A stretch of DNA of 64,000 nt from an uncultured Candidatus Rokubacteria bacterium (GTDB taxonomy: Bacteria; Methylomirabilota; Methylomirabilia; Rokubacteriales; CSP1-6): the NCBI GenBank assembly GCA_963754315.1, contig CAVWFS010000014.1:192001-256000 (forward strand), given 5' to 3'. The notes under the pieces were generated by a model. It ran no database searches and was not told the origin of the DNA. It saw only the letters and a list, made by a program, of their open reading frames with translations. Positions 39,821-49,416 of the stretch are shown piece after piece. The position numbers and the translations under genes are program-made. Positions within the stretch are counted from its first letter, which is position 1; each line of letters begins with the position of its first letter.

Positions 39821-40786
39821 TCACGCCAGGTGGCAGGCCACCTGCTGGCCGGCCACCGTGCGCAGGGGCGGCTCCTCTGCCGCGCAGACGTCGACGGCGA
39901 GCGGGCAGCGCGGGCGGAAGCGGCAGCCGCCCGGCAGATCGCGCGGGTTTGGGGGCTCTCCCTCCAGCGCGAAGGTGTCCGTCACCCGGGGCCCCCCGAT
40001 CCGCGGCAAAGCCGCCAAGAGTGAGCGCGTGTAGGGATGACGGGGCCGCGCGAAGACGTCCTCCGTCTCGCCGATCTCGACGATCTTGCCGAGATACATC
40101 ACGGCCACCCGCTGGCACATCGTCCGTACCACGGCCAGGTCATGCGAGATGAAGAGATAGGTCAGCGCGAACGTCTCTTGCAGTCCGCGAAAGAGCTTCA
40201 GCACGCTCGCTTGCACGGAGACGTCCAGGCCTGAGGTGGGCTCGTCGAGGATGACCAGGCGCGGCTTGAGGGTCAGGATGCGCGCCAACCCCACTCGCCG
40301 CTGCTGCCCGCCCGACAGCTCGTGAGGGTAAAGATCGAGATGGGCGTCGGGCAGGCCGACGAGCTGTAGGATTTCGCGCACCACGGCCGTCCGCTCGCCG
40401 CGGGACAACGGCGTGTGGATGATGAGCGGCTCGTGGAGCGAACGTCGGATCTTCCAGCGCGGATCGAGGGAAGCCCCCGGGTCCTGATAGACATACTGAA
40501 GATCGCGCGCCACCCGCCGACGCTCGCGTGGCGACACGTGGCCGATTTCGCGCCCGAGAAAACGGATGTCACCCGCCGTCGGTCGGAAGATCCCCATCAC
40601 CGTCTTGCCGAGGGTGGACTTGCCACAGCCGCTCTCGCCGACCAGGCCGAGCGTTTCGCCCGCGCGGACGTCGAGCGTGACGCCGTCCACCGCGCGCAGC
40701 CAGCCCGTGCGCCGACCGAAGGCATTGCGCACGGGGAAGTACCGCGCGAGGTCGACCAGCTCGAGCAGTGGCGCCTCCACGTTCAC
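39821..40786 (-). CDS. Oligopeptide ABC ATP-binding protein (DppF-like)
   Basis: GESGCGKS, LSGGQQRR, ILDEPTS, HPYT, GCRFRPRC. Confidence 0.95.
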   Translation of the reverse strand: MNVEAPLLELVDLARYFPVRNAFGRRTGWLRAVDGVTLDVRAGETLGLVGESGCGKSTLGKTVMGIFRPTAGDIRFLGREIGHVSPRERRRVARDLQYVYQDPGASLDPRWKIRRSLHEPLIIHTPLSRGERTAVVREILQLVGLPDAHLDLYPHELSGGQQRRVGLARILTLKPRLVILDEPTSGLDVSVQASVLKLFRGLQETFALTYLFISHDLAVVRTMCQRVAVMYLGKIVEIGETEDVFARPRHPYTRSLLAALPRIGGPRVTDTFALEGEPPNPRDLPGGCRFRPRCPLAVDVCAAEEPPLRTVAGQQVACHLA

Positions 40787-41811
40787 GGGGACGATGTCAC
40801 GGGATGGTAGCAGTGGACGCGATGCTCGAATCCGACCTCGCGAACGTGCGGCCGCTCGCCGCGGCACTCGAGGGTGGCCGCCTCGCAGCGCGGATGGAAG
40901 CGGCACCCAGGCGGGGGCGCGATCAGGCTCGGGACTTCGCCGGGAATGTCGCGGATCTCGGCGCCGGGCACCGGCAGGCTCTCGAGCAGCCGACGCGTGT
41001 AGGGATGCGCCGGGCGTTCGAAGAACGCGGCCGTCGACGCCGCCTCCATCTCCTGCCCCGCATACATGACCACGATCCGGTCGCACAGCTCATAGGCGGT
41101 GCCGAGGTCGTGGGTGGTGAAGAGAACCGAGACGCGCCGTTCCTTCACGAGGGCGCGCAGCAGTCTCAAGATCTGGGCCTGGATCGTCACATCGAGGGCG
41201 GTGGTCGGCTCGTCGGCGATGATGAGGGCCGGGTTGGGCAAGAGGGCCATGGCGATCATGAGCCGCTGACGCTGGCCTCCCGAGAACTCATGGGGAAGAC
41301 GGCGCAGGGCGCGCGCGGGATCGGGGATCTGGACCGCGCGCAGCATGTCGAGGGCGGCCTCACGATCGACCCGGTAGCGCCGGCGCGGATAGCGCCGCAG
41401 CACGGCCGGCCAGCCGCCGCCGCGGCTCGCCGGTGCGCGGGGTGACTTCCACTTCATCAACTCCATGATCTGGGCGCCCACCGTGAAGACGGGGTTGAAG
41501 GAGGTGTAGGGATCTTGAGGAATGACCGTGATGGCGCGCCCCCGCACCTCGCGGTTGACCACGTGGGGGTCCTCCTCGAGGAGATCGCGGCCCTGGAAGC
41601 GAATCGTCCCGCCGCCGATGCGGGCGACCCCAACCGGCAGCACGCCCAAGATAGCGCGGGCCAAGGTCGTCTTGCCACAACCGCTCTCGCCGACCAATCC
41701 GACGACCTCGCCGGCGGCGATGTCGAGGCTGATCCCGTCGAGGACGCGGGCCACCCCGCGCTCGGTGGCGAACTGCACGCGCAGATCCCGCACGCTGAGC
41801 AGCTCAGCCAT
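40783..41811 (-). CDS. Oligopeptide ABC ATP-binding protein (DppD-like)
   Basis: GESGCGKT, FSGGQRQR, ADEPTTALDVTIQAQIL, GCRFHPRC. Confidence 0.95.
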   Translation of the reverse strand: MAELLSVRDLRVQFATERGVARVLDGISLDIAAGEVVGLVGESGCGKTTLARAILGVLPVGVARIGGGTIRFQGRDLLEEDPHVVNREVRGRAITVIPQDPYTSFNPVFTVGAQIMELMKWKSPRAPASRGGGWPAVLRRYPRRRYRVDREAALDMLRAVQIPDPARALRRLPHEFSGGQRQRLMIAMALLPNPALIIADEPTTALDVTIQAQILRLLRALVKERRVSVLFTTHDLGTAYELCDRIVVMYAGQEMEAASTAAFFERPAHPYTRRLLESLPVPGAEIRDIPGEVPSLIAPPPGCRFHPRCEAATLECRGERPHVREVGFEHRVHCYHPVTSSP

Positions 41812-42673
41812 CGGCAGCCTCGGCCTGGCTCCGGCGGATCCGCGGATCGAGCACGTCGCGGAGCCCGTCACCCAGCAGGTTGAACCCCATCACGGTGAGA
41901 AAGATGGCCAGTCCTGGCGCGGCCGCGTACCACCAGGCGGCGGGCAAGAACTCGCGCGCCTCCGCGATCGTCCGTCCCCACTCCGGCGCGGGTGGCGGCG
42001 GTCCGAGTCCGAGGAACCCCAGCGCGGCAGCGGTGAGAATAGTGAAGCCCATGCCGATGGAGGTCCGCACGATGATGGGCGAGGCCACGCTGGGCAGCAC
42101 GTGGAGGGCCATCAGCCTGAAGGGCGAAGCCCCGATAGCCGCCGTCGACTCGATGAACACTTCCTTCTGTAGCGCTCGCGTTTCCGCGTAGACGAGCCGC
42201 GCGAACCAGGGCCAGTAGGTTACCGAGAGGGCCAGGATGACGTTGGGGAGGGACGGCCCCAACGTCTGGGCAATGGCGATGGCGAGGACGACTTGGGGGA
42301 CGGCCAGGAAGATGTCGGACACGCGCATGAGTGCGTCGCTCACCCACGTGTGATAGTGACCGGCCACCAGCCCGATGGGCACGCCGATCAGCAGCGCGGT
42401 GCCAACCGCGATGACACCGATCACGATGGTGGTGCGCGCCCCGAACAGCAGGCGGCTATAAATGTCGCTCCCCATGCGGTCCGTCCCGAGCAGATGCTCG
42501 GCGCTGGGGGGTCGCAGCCGCTGGGCCGGATGCAGCTCGAAGACGTCGTCGGGATGGGTGGCGAGCCACGGCGCCAGCAGGGCGCTCAGCACGAGGCCAA
42601 GGATGAGAACGAGTCCCAGGAAGGCCGACCGGTCACGCATCAGCCGCGCCAGCACGAAGAGCGTGCCGCTCAC
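41804..42673 (-). CDS. Oligopeptide ABC permease (DppC-like)
   Basis: HLLGTDRMGSD, LGFLGLG.PPP.PEWG, GDGLRDVLDPR. Confidence 0.95.
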   Translation of the reverse strand: MSGTLFVLARLMRDRSAFLGLVLILGLVLSALLAPWLATHPDDVFELHPAQRLRPPSAEHLLGTDRMGSDIYSRLLFGARTTIVIGVIAVGTALLIGVPIGLVAGHYHTWVSDALMRVSDIFLAVPQVVLAIAIAQTLGPSLPNVILALSVTYWPWFARLVYAETRALQKEVFIESTAAIGASPFRLMALHVLPSVASPIIVRTSIGMGFTILTAAALGFLGLGPPPPAPEWGRTIAEAREFLPAAWWYAAAPGLAIFLTVMGFNLLGDGLRDVLDPRIRRSQAEAADG

Positions 42674-43677
42674 GAGGCGCGCTCGCGCGGATCGATGAAG
42701 CCCTGTGCCACGTCCACCAGCAGATTGACCACCATGAAGATGACCCCAGCCCACACGGTGAAGCCCATCACCGCGTTGTAGTCAGACCGAATGATGGCGT
42801 TGACGGCATAGGCCCCGATCCCCGGCCAGTCGAAGACGGTCTCGGTGACCACCGCCCCCGCCAGAAGGATTCCGAAGAGCAGCCCGATCTGGGTAACCGT
42901 CGAGGTGAGCGCGTTGCGCAGGATCAGCTTCCAGACGATCACCGAGGACGGCAGCCCCATGGCCCGCTCGTGGAGCACGTAGTTCGACTGCATCACCTCG
43001 AGGACGCCCGCGCGCGTGAACCGTACGAGGGTGGCCAAGGCCGGAACGGCCAGGGTGGCGGCGGGCAGGGCCAGGTGGCGCAAGGCCACCGCGAAGGCCC
43101 ACCAATCCCAGGTCAGCACGGCGTCGACCAGGTAGAGGCCAGTGATACCGGGCGGCGGAAACCCCTGAAAGCGGGCGTTGAGGGGCGTCCAGCCGAGCCG
43201 CATGGCGAACAGCAGCTGCAGCATGATGCCGAGCCAGAAGCTGGCGATCGCCAGCCCCGACACGGTGATCACACGCAGCAGGTGATCGAGGAGCGAGTTG
43301 CGCCAGAGCGCCGCGATCACGCCGAGCGGGATACCGACGACGATGGACACGGCCATCGCGACGAGAGTCAGCTCGATCGTCGCCGGCAATCGGCTGGCCA
43401 GATCGTCCACGATCGGGCGCGTGGTGAAGAGGCTGGTGCCCATATCGCCGCGCAGGAGGCGGCCGACATAGGTGACGAACTGAACGGGGAGCGGCCGGTC
43501 GTATCCGAGCTGGCGGCGGAGCGCTTCGACTTGGGCGGGAGTGGCCGTGTCTCCCGCCACCAGCGCCACTGGATCGGCGGGGATGATCCGGGAGACGACG
43601 AACGTGATGACCAGCAGCCCGAGCAAGGTGGGTAGGAACCACGCCGCCCGGCGGAGGACGAGGGCGACGAGCCTCAT
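42670..43677 (-). CDS. Oligopeptide ABC permease (DppB-like)
   Basis: PADPV, DRPLPVQF, PATIEL, ETVFDWPGIG, IDPR. Confidence 0.95.
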   Translation of the reverse strand: MRLVALVLRRAAWFLPTLLGLLVITFVVSRIIPADPVALVAGDTATPAQVEALRRQLGYDRPLPVQFVTYVGRLLRGDMGTSLFTTRPIVDDLASRLPATIELTLVAMAVSIVVGIPLGVIAALWRNSLLDHLLRVITVSGLAIASFWLGIMLQLLFAMRLGWTPLNARFQGFPPPGITGLYLVDAVLTWDWWAFAVALRHLALPAATLAVPALATLVRFTRAGVLEVMQSNYVLHERAMGLPSSVIVWKLILRNALTSTVTQIGLLFGILLAGAVVTETVFDWPGIGAYAVNAIIRSDYNAVMGFTVWAGVIFMVVNLLVDVAQGFIDPRERAS

Positions 43678-43695
43678 TGCCGCCCCCGTCCCGGA

Positions 43696-43742
43696 CGCCT
43701 ACTGCGCGTAGTAAACCTGCCGCCTACTGGGCGTAGTAGACC
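43696..43742. repeat. 22-bp direct duplication of the dppA 3' end
   Basis: cgcctactgcgcgtagtaaacc (43696-43717) vs cgcctactgggcgtagtagacc (43721-43742). Confidence 0.85.
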
Positions 43743-45316
43743 CAGCGCATCTCCTGCCCGTTGCCGATGGGGCTGAAGCGGATGCCCTCGAGGCTCTTGG
43801 CCCACGGACCGAAGTACTTCGTGTTGTAGATCCACACGCCGGCCGCCTCGTCCACCACGATGCGGGCGGCGTCCTGATAGGCCTTCTCGCGCACCTTGCG
43901 GTCCGTCGACTTCAGCGCGAGATCCAAGAACTCGTCCACCTTGACGTTCTTGTAGAAGCTCGAGGCCTTGAAGGTGCCCCACTGCCCGGAGTGGAACATC
44001 TCGCCAATCCAGTTGTTGGGATCGGCGTAGTAGGTGCTGATCCAGTACACGACCATGTCGGGCGAGGTCTCGGGCTTCTTCATCCGCTCGACCATGGCCG
44101 GCCACAGCTCGCTGGTGAGCTTGGTCTCGATGCCGGCCTTGCGCAGACCGTTGGCCATGACCGTGGCTGCCTGCTCCGTCTGGCTGAACCCGGTGAGATA
44201 GCCGACGATGAGGGGACGGTCGACTTTCACCTTGGCCTTGGCCAGCTCGCCCTTGGCCTTCTCGATGTCGTAGGTGTAGCCCTTCACGTCCTTGGGAATG
44301 CCCCACAGGTTGTTGGGAATGGGCACCGGGTTGCGCTCCACGGAACCGCCCAGGATCTCCTTGTTGAAGCCGTCGTAGTCGAAGGCATAGCTGATGGCGC
44401 GCCGCACGTGAACGTCATTCATGGGCGGCCGCTGGTTGTTGATCTGGAACATCATGATGCGCATCGACTCTTGCTCGAGGATCTTGACGTTGGCTGCCTC
44501 GCGCAGGCGCTTGACCTGATCGTTGGGCAGGTAGCCGCCCGTGCCCTGATAGTCGCCCTTGATCATGCCGAGCACGCGCGTGTTGTCCTCCTTCACCAGC
44601 CGGAACTCGATCTCCTCGATGTGCTTGGCCCCCCACGGCATGAAGTGGCCGGGGAAGCGCTTGGCGATGAAGCCGATGGCCGGATCGTAGCGAGTCAGCA
44701 TGTAGGAGCCCGAGCCGGCCTCGTTGCTGGTCAGCCAGGCCGCGCCCCAGTCGTTGTCCTTCTCGTGCTTCTTGAGGAGCGCCGAGTTGACCACGTGCAC
44801 TTCCGGCACCACGGCCATGAAGATCGAGACGGGCTTCATCAACGTGAACTGCACGGTCGAGCGATCGACGGCTTTGGTGGAGCCCGGCGCCACCATGGTG
44901 GCGAAGAGCGACGCCGCGCCCTTCTTGAGGGCCAGGATGCGCTCGATGCTGTAGCGTACGTCCTCGGCGGTGACCTCGGTCCCGTCGTGGAACTTGGCGC
45001 CCCGGCGCAGCTTGAACGTGTAGGTCAGCCCGTCGGGAGACACCGTGTGGCTCTCGGCCAGCCACGGCTGGAGCACGGGCGGGTTGTCGAGCCAGCGGTA
45101 GAGACCATCGTAGAGGTTGAGCCGGACCGCCACCCGTCCCACGTCGAAGGCGGCGTGAGGATCCATGGTGTCGTAGGGACTCTCGTTGGCAAACACGAAC
45201 CGCGTCGGCGCCTGCGCCGGCGCCGGCACGCTCAGGGCAAGCCCCAGCACGATCACGCTTGCCGCCGCCAGCCAGGCTCGGCTCGTTGTGATGAATCGAA
45301 CCCACGTCCGCCTCAT
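43724..45316 (-). CDS. Oligopeptide ABC substrate-binding protein (family 5, DppA-like)
   Basis: Signal peptide; PWLAES..VSPDGLTYTFKLR.GAKFHDGT, GSGSY, VRRAISYAFD; AGGAGG RBS. Confidence 0.93.
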   Translation of the reverse strand: MRRTWVRFITTSRAWLAAASVIVLGLALSVPAPAQAPTRFVFANESPYDTMDPHAAFDVGRVAVRLNLYDGLYRWLDNPPVLQPWLAESHTVSPDGLTYTFKLRRGAKFHDGTEVTAEDVRYSIERILALKKGAASLFATMVAPGSTKAVDRSTVQFTLMKPVSIFMAVVPEVHVVNSALLKKHEKDNDWGAAWLTSNEAGSGSYMLTRYDPAIGFIAKRFPGHFMPWGAKHIEEIEFRLVKEDNTRVLGMIKGDYQGTGGYLPNDQVKRLREAANVKILEQESMRIMMFQINNQRPPMNDVHVRRAISYAFDYDGFNKEILGGSVERNPVPIPNNLWGIPKDVKGYTYDIEKAKGELAKAKVKVDRPLIVGYLTGFSQTEQAATVMANGLRKAGIETKLTSELWPAMVERMKKPETSPDMVVYWISTYYADPNNWIGEMFHSGQWGTFKASSFYKNVKVDEFLDLALKSTDRKVREKAYQDAARIVVDEAAGVWIYNTKYFGPWAKSLEGIRFSPIGNGQEMRWVYYAQ

Positions 45317-48300
45317 GTCGACCCTCCTGGGAGTGTAGTGAGCATATCGGCGACGACCCGGCGGTGCCAGGACATTTCCATCTCCTCGAAGAGCTTGTCC
45401 GCCCGGTCCAGGAGCCTTCGCGCACCCTCGTCCTCGTTGCGAGCGCGAAGGAGGCGAGCATGGCTCACGAAGCTGATCGCCGCCTGCGGCCGCATCCCCT
45501 TGTCGAGCTGGAGGCGAATCGCTGACTCGACGTTCCGCTCGGCCTCCGCGAGCCGTCTCGGGTCCTTGCGGAAGAGCGCGTCGCCGTAGCACCGAGCAGC
45601 CCGGCTCTCGCCGTAGGCATCGCTGCCCGGTGACGAGAGCGTCAGCGCCCGCGAAGCGGCATCCAGGGCCTGGTCAACCTGTCCCTGGCTCAGGTACGCG
45701 TCGCTGAGCCAGCAGAGGGCCCAGCTCAGAAGGTATGTGGTCCCGAGCTGGCCGGCCTGCCCGATACTCTTCTCGATCGTGGCGATTCCTGGCTGCGCCT
45801 CGCCGAGCCTGACCAAGCCGTAGCCCAGGACGGCGTTGAGAACATAGACGCGGAAGAGGTCCCCGAGGCGCTCGGCGATCTCCAGACCCGCCCGGGCGCT
45901 CTCGACGAGCCGGTCCCACCTGCCCTGTTGTTCGGAGACGATGGCCTGGTAGTAGAGGTTGGCCGCCTCGGCCGGCAAGTTCTGGCTCTCCCGCGCGAGG
46001 GTGAGACCTTGCTCGCTGAACTTGAGCGCCCGGTCGAACTCGCCGATCGCAGCCAGGGAGACGCCGAGGATGCTGCTGGCCGTGGCGAGCTCGCTCCGGT
46101 TGCCCAGCCGTTCCAGGATCTCCACGCAGCGCTGCAGCATCGCACTGCCTTTGACGTAGTCTCCGATCACGGTGTAGATCCGGCCGAGCAAGTTCGATGG
46201 CCACACGATCAGGCTCTCGTCCCGGAGCGACTCGGCCACGGCCAGGCTCTTCTCCGCGAATTCCACCGCGCTGCCGAGCTGGCCTCTCACGTAGTGGGTC
46301 CGGGCGATCCAGTACAGCACCTGCGCCGTACGGGTCTCATCCGCGAGGTCAATGGCCAGGGTCAGGGCGTGCTCGAGATTGGCGAGATCTTGCTGGAAGT
46401 GCTCGCGGGTGGAGGCGACGCTGGCCAGCTTGACCATTGCATCGATCTGCGCGCTCTGACTCTCGGCCGAGGCCGGCGGCTTCCGGGCCAGCTCGAGGGC
46501 CTGATTGTAGTAGGTCCGAGCTTCGGCGTTGGCGTAGAGCCGAGCAGCACTCTCGCCGGCCAGCAGAGCGTACGCGATGCCTCGGGCGGGCTTGTCGCTG
46601 CGGGCGTGATGGTAGGCGATGATGCCGGCCTGTTCCTCCAGCCGGTCGCCGTACAGCTCTTCGAGAGCGCGACCGATCGTTCCGTGCAGTTGTTGGCGGC
46701 GATGGCTGAGGAGGGTCTGGTATGCCACGTCCTGGGTGAGCGCGTGCTTGAAGATGTACTCCAGCTCCGGGAAGAAGGTCTTCTCGTGGATCAGCTCGAG
46801 GTGCTTGAGCGTGTCCAGATAGCGCTCGACTTCCCCCGTCATCTCGGAGATTCGCGACAGCAGCTGGAACCCGAATTCCCGCCCGATGACCGCCGCCGTC
46901 TGGACGATGCGCTTGACCGGCTCGTCGAGGCGATCGATCCGTGCTCGGATGATGTCCTGGACGCTTGCTGGCACCTCGACGGTCACGTCGGCGGCCCATC
47001 GCGTGCTGCCTTCGTCGTGCACGAGGACATCGCGCTCCAAGAGCGACGCGGTGATCTCCTCGACGAACAGCGGATTGCCTTCCGCCTTCTCCTGGATAAT
47101 CCGACAGAAATCACTGGGCGCCTCGCGCCCACCCAGGATCGCCGTCACCATGGCCGTCGCCTCGGGCTCGGTCAGCACGTCGAGGGCAACCTGCGTATAG
47201 AAGGTCTTGTCCGCCCACCGAACGGCGTATCCGGGACGGTGGGTCGTGATCAGCAGGACCGGGACCGCCGCCAGGCTTTCGACGGCGAAGGCCAGGTAGT
47301 CCTCCGACGTCTTGTCGATCCAGTGCAGGTCCTCCACCACGACAACCTGCAGCCGCCGCCGAGCTGCCGCGAAGGTCAGCGCTCGGATGGCCTCGAAGGT
47401 CTTCTGGCGGCGATCCTTTGGGTCGAGGTCCTTCAAGGCCTCGGTGTCCGCAGGAACGCCGAACAGGGTGCCCAAGAATGGCACGACGGGCTCCAGGCCG
47501 GGATCGATCTGCCGCATCCCCTCCCGGAGCTTTGCGGCTACCTGGAGGGGGTTGTCACCTTCCTCGATTTGAAAGCTCGCGCGCAAGATCTCCTGCACGG
47601 CCAGGTAGGGAGTGCTCTGTGCGTAGGGGAGGCAACGGCCCTCGAGCCAGGTGACCCGCTCGCCCTCGAGCGAGCGCCGAAACTCGTAGAGCAGGCGCGA
47701 CTTGCCGATCCCCGGTTCGCCCACGATGGCCACCACTTGGCCGCGGCCTTCCTTGGCGCGTGCGAGGCGGTCGTGGAGCAGGCTGAGCTCGCGCTCGCGA
47801 CCCGCCAGCCGCGTGAGGCCCCGCTCCGCGGCGAGCTCCATCCGCGTCCTTGCCCGCTTACGACCAATCACCCGGTAGGCGGCGACCGGCTCGCTGCGTC
47901 CCTTCACCTGCAGGAAGCCGACTGGGTAGCTCCGAACGTATCCTTCGACGAGCCGGTGGGTGGGAGCGGTGAGGATGATCGAGCCCGGTTCGGCCTGCGC
48001 CTGCATGCGCGCCGCCAGATTGGTGGTGTCTCCGACGGCCGTGTAGTCCATGCGCAGATCGTCGCCGATCCGGCCGACCACCACCGGCCCCGTGTTGAGG
48101 CCCATTCGAAGGCGGAGCTCCAGTCCCTTCTCGCGCCGCAGCTGTTCGCTGAATCCACTGATGGTCTCCCGGATGGCCAAAGCGGCTTGCACGGCCCGCA
48201 ACGCGTGTTCCTCGACGGCTACCGGCGCCCCGAAGAGCGCCATCAACCCGTCGCCCAGGAATTGGTTGACCGTTCCCTCGTAACGATGGACGGTCTCGGC

Positions 48301-48669
48301 CATGAGCGTCAGCGCCTGATCCACGAGCTGGTACATCGGCTCCGGACCCAGGCGCTCGGCCAGATCCGATGAGTCGACGATGTCGCAGAAGAGAACGGTG
48401 ACCTGCTTACGCTCTCCCTCGAGGGCTCCGCGTGAGGTCAGGATCCGTTCAGCGAGATGTCGGGGCGTGTACGAGCGCGGAGGCGGCTTCGGCGACTCGG
48501 GGGGGCCCTCTGGCGCGACGGTCAGGCGATGGCCACAGCTCGGACAGAATCGGGCGCCCGTGCGTTGGCGCTGTCCGCACTGGGGGCAGGTTGCACCAAG
48601 CGCTAACCCGCAGGCCTCGCAATACGCGGCCTCCGCCGGGTTGCCGTGGCCGCATGCGTCGCATCGCAT
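45313..48669 (-). CDS. Double zinc ribbon + class III nucleotidyl cyclase + P-loop NTPase + TPR protein
   Basis: Four CxxC; ERKQVTVLFCDIV, FLGDGLMALFGAP, GDTTNLAAR; GEPGIGKS, VVEDLHW, GNPLFVEE, FKHALTQDVAY; helical repeats. Confidence 0.93.
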   Translation of the reverse strand: MRCDACGHGNPAEAAYCEACGLALGATCPQCGQRQRTGARFCPSCGHRLTVAPEGPPESPKPPPRSYTPRHLAERILTSRGALEGERKQVTVLFCDIVDSSDLAERLGPEPMYQLVDQALTLMAETVHRYEGTVNQFLGDGLMALFGAPVAVEEHALRAVQAALAIRETISGFSEQLRREKGLELRLRMGLNTGPVVVGRIGDDLRMDYTAVGDTTNLAARMQAQAEPGSIILTAPTHRLVEGYVRSYPVGFLQVKGRSEPVAAYRVIGRKRARTRMELAAERGLTRLAGRERELSLLHDRLARAKEGRGQVVAIVGEPGIGKSRLLYEFRRSLEGERVTWLEGRCLPYAQSTPYLAVQEILRASFQIEEGDNPLQVAAKLREGMRQIDPGLEPVVPFLGTLFGVPADTEALKDLDPKDRRQKTFEAIRALTFAAARRRLQVVVVEDLHWIDKTSEDYLAFAVESLAAVPVLLITTHRPGYAVRWADKTFYTQVALDVLTEPEATAMVTAILGGREAPSDFCRIIQEKAEGNPLFVEEITASLLERDVLVHDEGSTRWAADVTVEVPASVQDIIRARIDRLDEPVKRIVQTAAVIGREFGFQLLSRISEMTGEVERYLDTLKHLELIHEKTFFPELEYIFKHALTQDVAYQTLLSHRRQQLHGTIGRALEELYGDRLEEQAGIIAYHHARSDKPARGIAYALLAGESAARLYANAEARTYYNQALELARKPPASAESQSAQIDAMVKLASVASTREHFQQDLANLEHALTLAIDLADETRTAQVLYWIARTHYVRGQLGSAVEFAEKSLAVAESLRDESLIVWPSNLLGRIYTVIGDYVKGSAMLQRCVEILERLGNRSELATASSILGVSLAAIGEFDRALKFSEQGLTLARESQNLPAEAANLYYQAIVSEQQGRWDRLVESARAGLEIAERLGDLFRVYVLNAVLGYGLVRLGEAQPGIATIEKSIGQAGQLGTTYLLSWALCWLSDAYLSQGQVDQALDAASRALTLSSPGSDAYGESRAARCYGDALFRKDPRRLAEAERNVESAIRLQLDKGMRPQAAISFVSHARLLRARNEDEGARRLLDRADKLFEEMEMSWHRRVVADMLTTLPGGST

Positions 48670-48727
48670 CGACGTTTCTCAGCGCTCCATCGGGGCCCAA
48701 GCATACACCCGCGTCCGATTCGCTGGC

Positions 48728-49129
48728 CTAACGCCGGGCATCCTGGGTGCGCACGTGAGGGTAAGCGAGAATCCGGTCGTCGGCGGTCACCAGGGTCAAT
48801 CCGTGCCGACGCGTTGCCGCCACCAGCAGCCGAGCGGCGGGGTCCCGGTGGAACGAACCGGGTAGGGCATAGGCTTCCGTGGCCACCTCGTGGCTCAGCG
48901 AAACGGTCTGGGCCGACAACTCGCTCATCGACTGCGCGAGCCACTCGGCCAGCGGTATCGACAGTCGGATGTCACCGACAGAGATCAGACGGGCGATCTC
49001 CAAGGTGGAGATGGGGCACACCCAGTTCTCGTGCGCTTCGCCGACCAAGAGCCGTCTCGTGCGGGGCCCGAGCCGCTCGGGCTGCTCTTGCGTCCAGACC
49101 CACACGTGAGTGTCGAGGAGCACCCTCAC
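48728..49129 (-). CDS. vapC: VapC-family PIN toxin
   Basis: LLDTHVWVW, ISTLEI, HRDPAARLLVA, LVTAD. Confidence 0.9.
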   Translation of the reverse strand: MRVLLDTHVWVWTQEQPERLGPRTRRLLVGEAHENWVCPISTLEIARLISVGDIRLSIPLAEWLAQSMSELSAQTVSLSHEVATEAYALPGSFHRDPAARLLVAATRRHGLTLVTADDRILAYPHVRTQDARR

Positions 49130-49359
49130 CGCAGCATGGCCCAGTCGGCGCCGGTGTCGATCTTGATGAGATCACCGCGGATTCGCATGCGCCCGCGGAG
49201 ACCCCCCAGACGCTTGCCGGGGCCTCGCGATTCGACGGACTGGACGGTGGCCAGAGGCTTTCCGCGCAGCGTGATCAACATCGGCTCCCGCGTGCGCTGG
49301 ACCTCTTTGAGGGTCGCCAGGCATTTCGCCTTGAACTCCGACACGGCCATCGTCTTCAT
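49126..49359 (-). CDS. Phd/YefM-family antitoxin
   Basis: MKTMAVSEFKAKCLATLKEV..TREPMLIT.RGKPLA; GTGA overlap with vapC. Confidence 0.92.
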   Translation of the reverse strand: MKTMAVSEFKAKCLATLKEVQRTREPMLITLRGKPLATVQSVESRGPGKRLGGLRGRMRIRGDLIKIDTGADWAMLR

Positions 49360-49364
49360 GGGCG

Positions 49365-49394
49365 AATATGAACATGACCAACTGCTATGGTCAA
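49365..49394 (-). promoter_or_regulatory. TA promoter with overlapping palindromic operator
   Basis: TTGACC-18 nt-CATATT, 5 nt before ATG; inverted repeat TGACCA-N7-TGGTCA at 49375-49393. Confidence 0.7.
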
Positions 49395-49416
49395 GTCGAA
49401 CGAGAGGCCGAAGCGT

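Noticed and set aside
45928..48372. Long antisense or alternate-frame ORFs (also 939-2942, 14454-16259, 29757-31280, 43991-45589, 49387-51249)
   Set aside because: Shadow ORFs expected in high-GC coding DNA; no recognisable motifs
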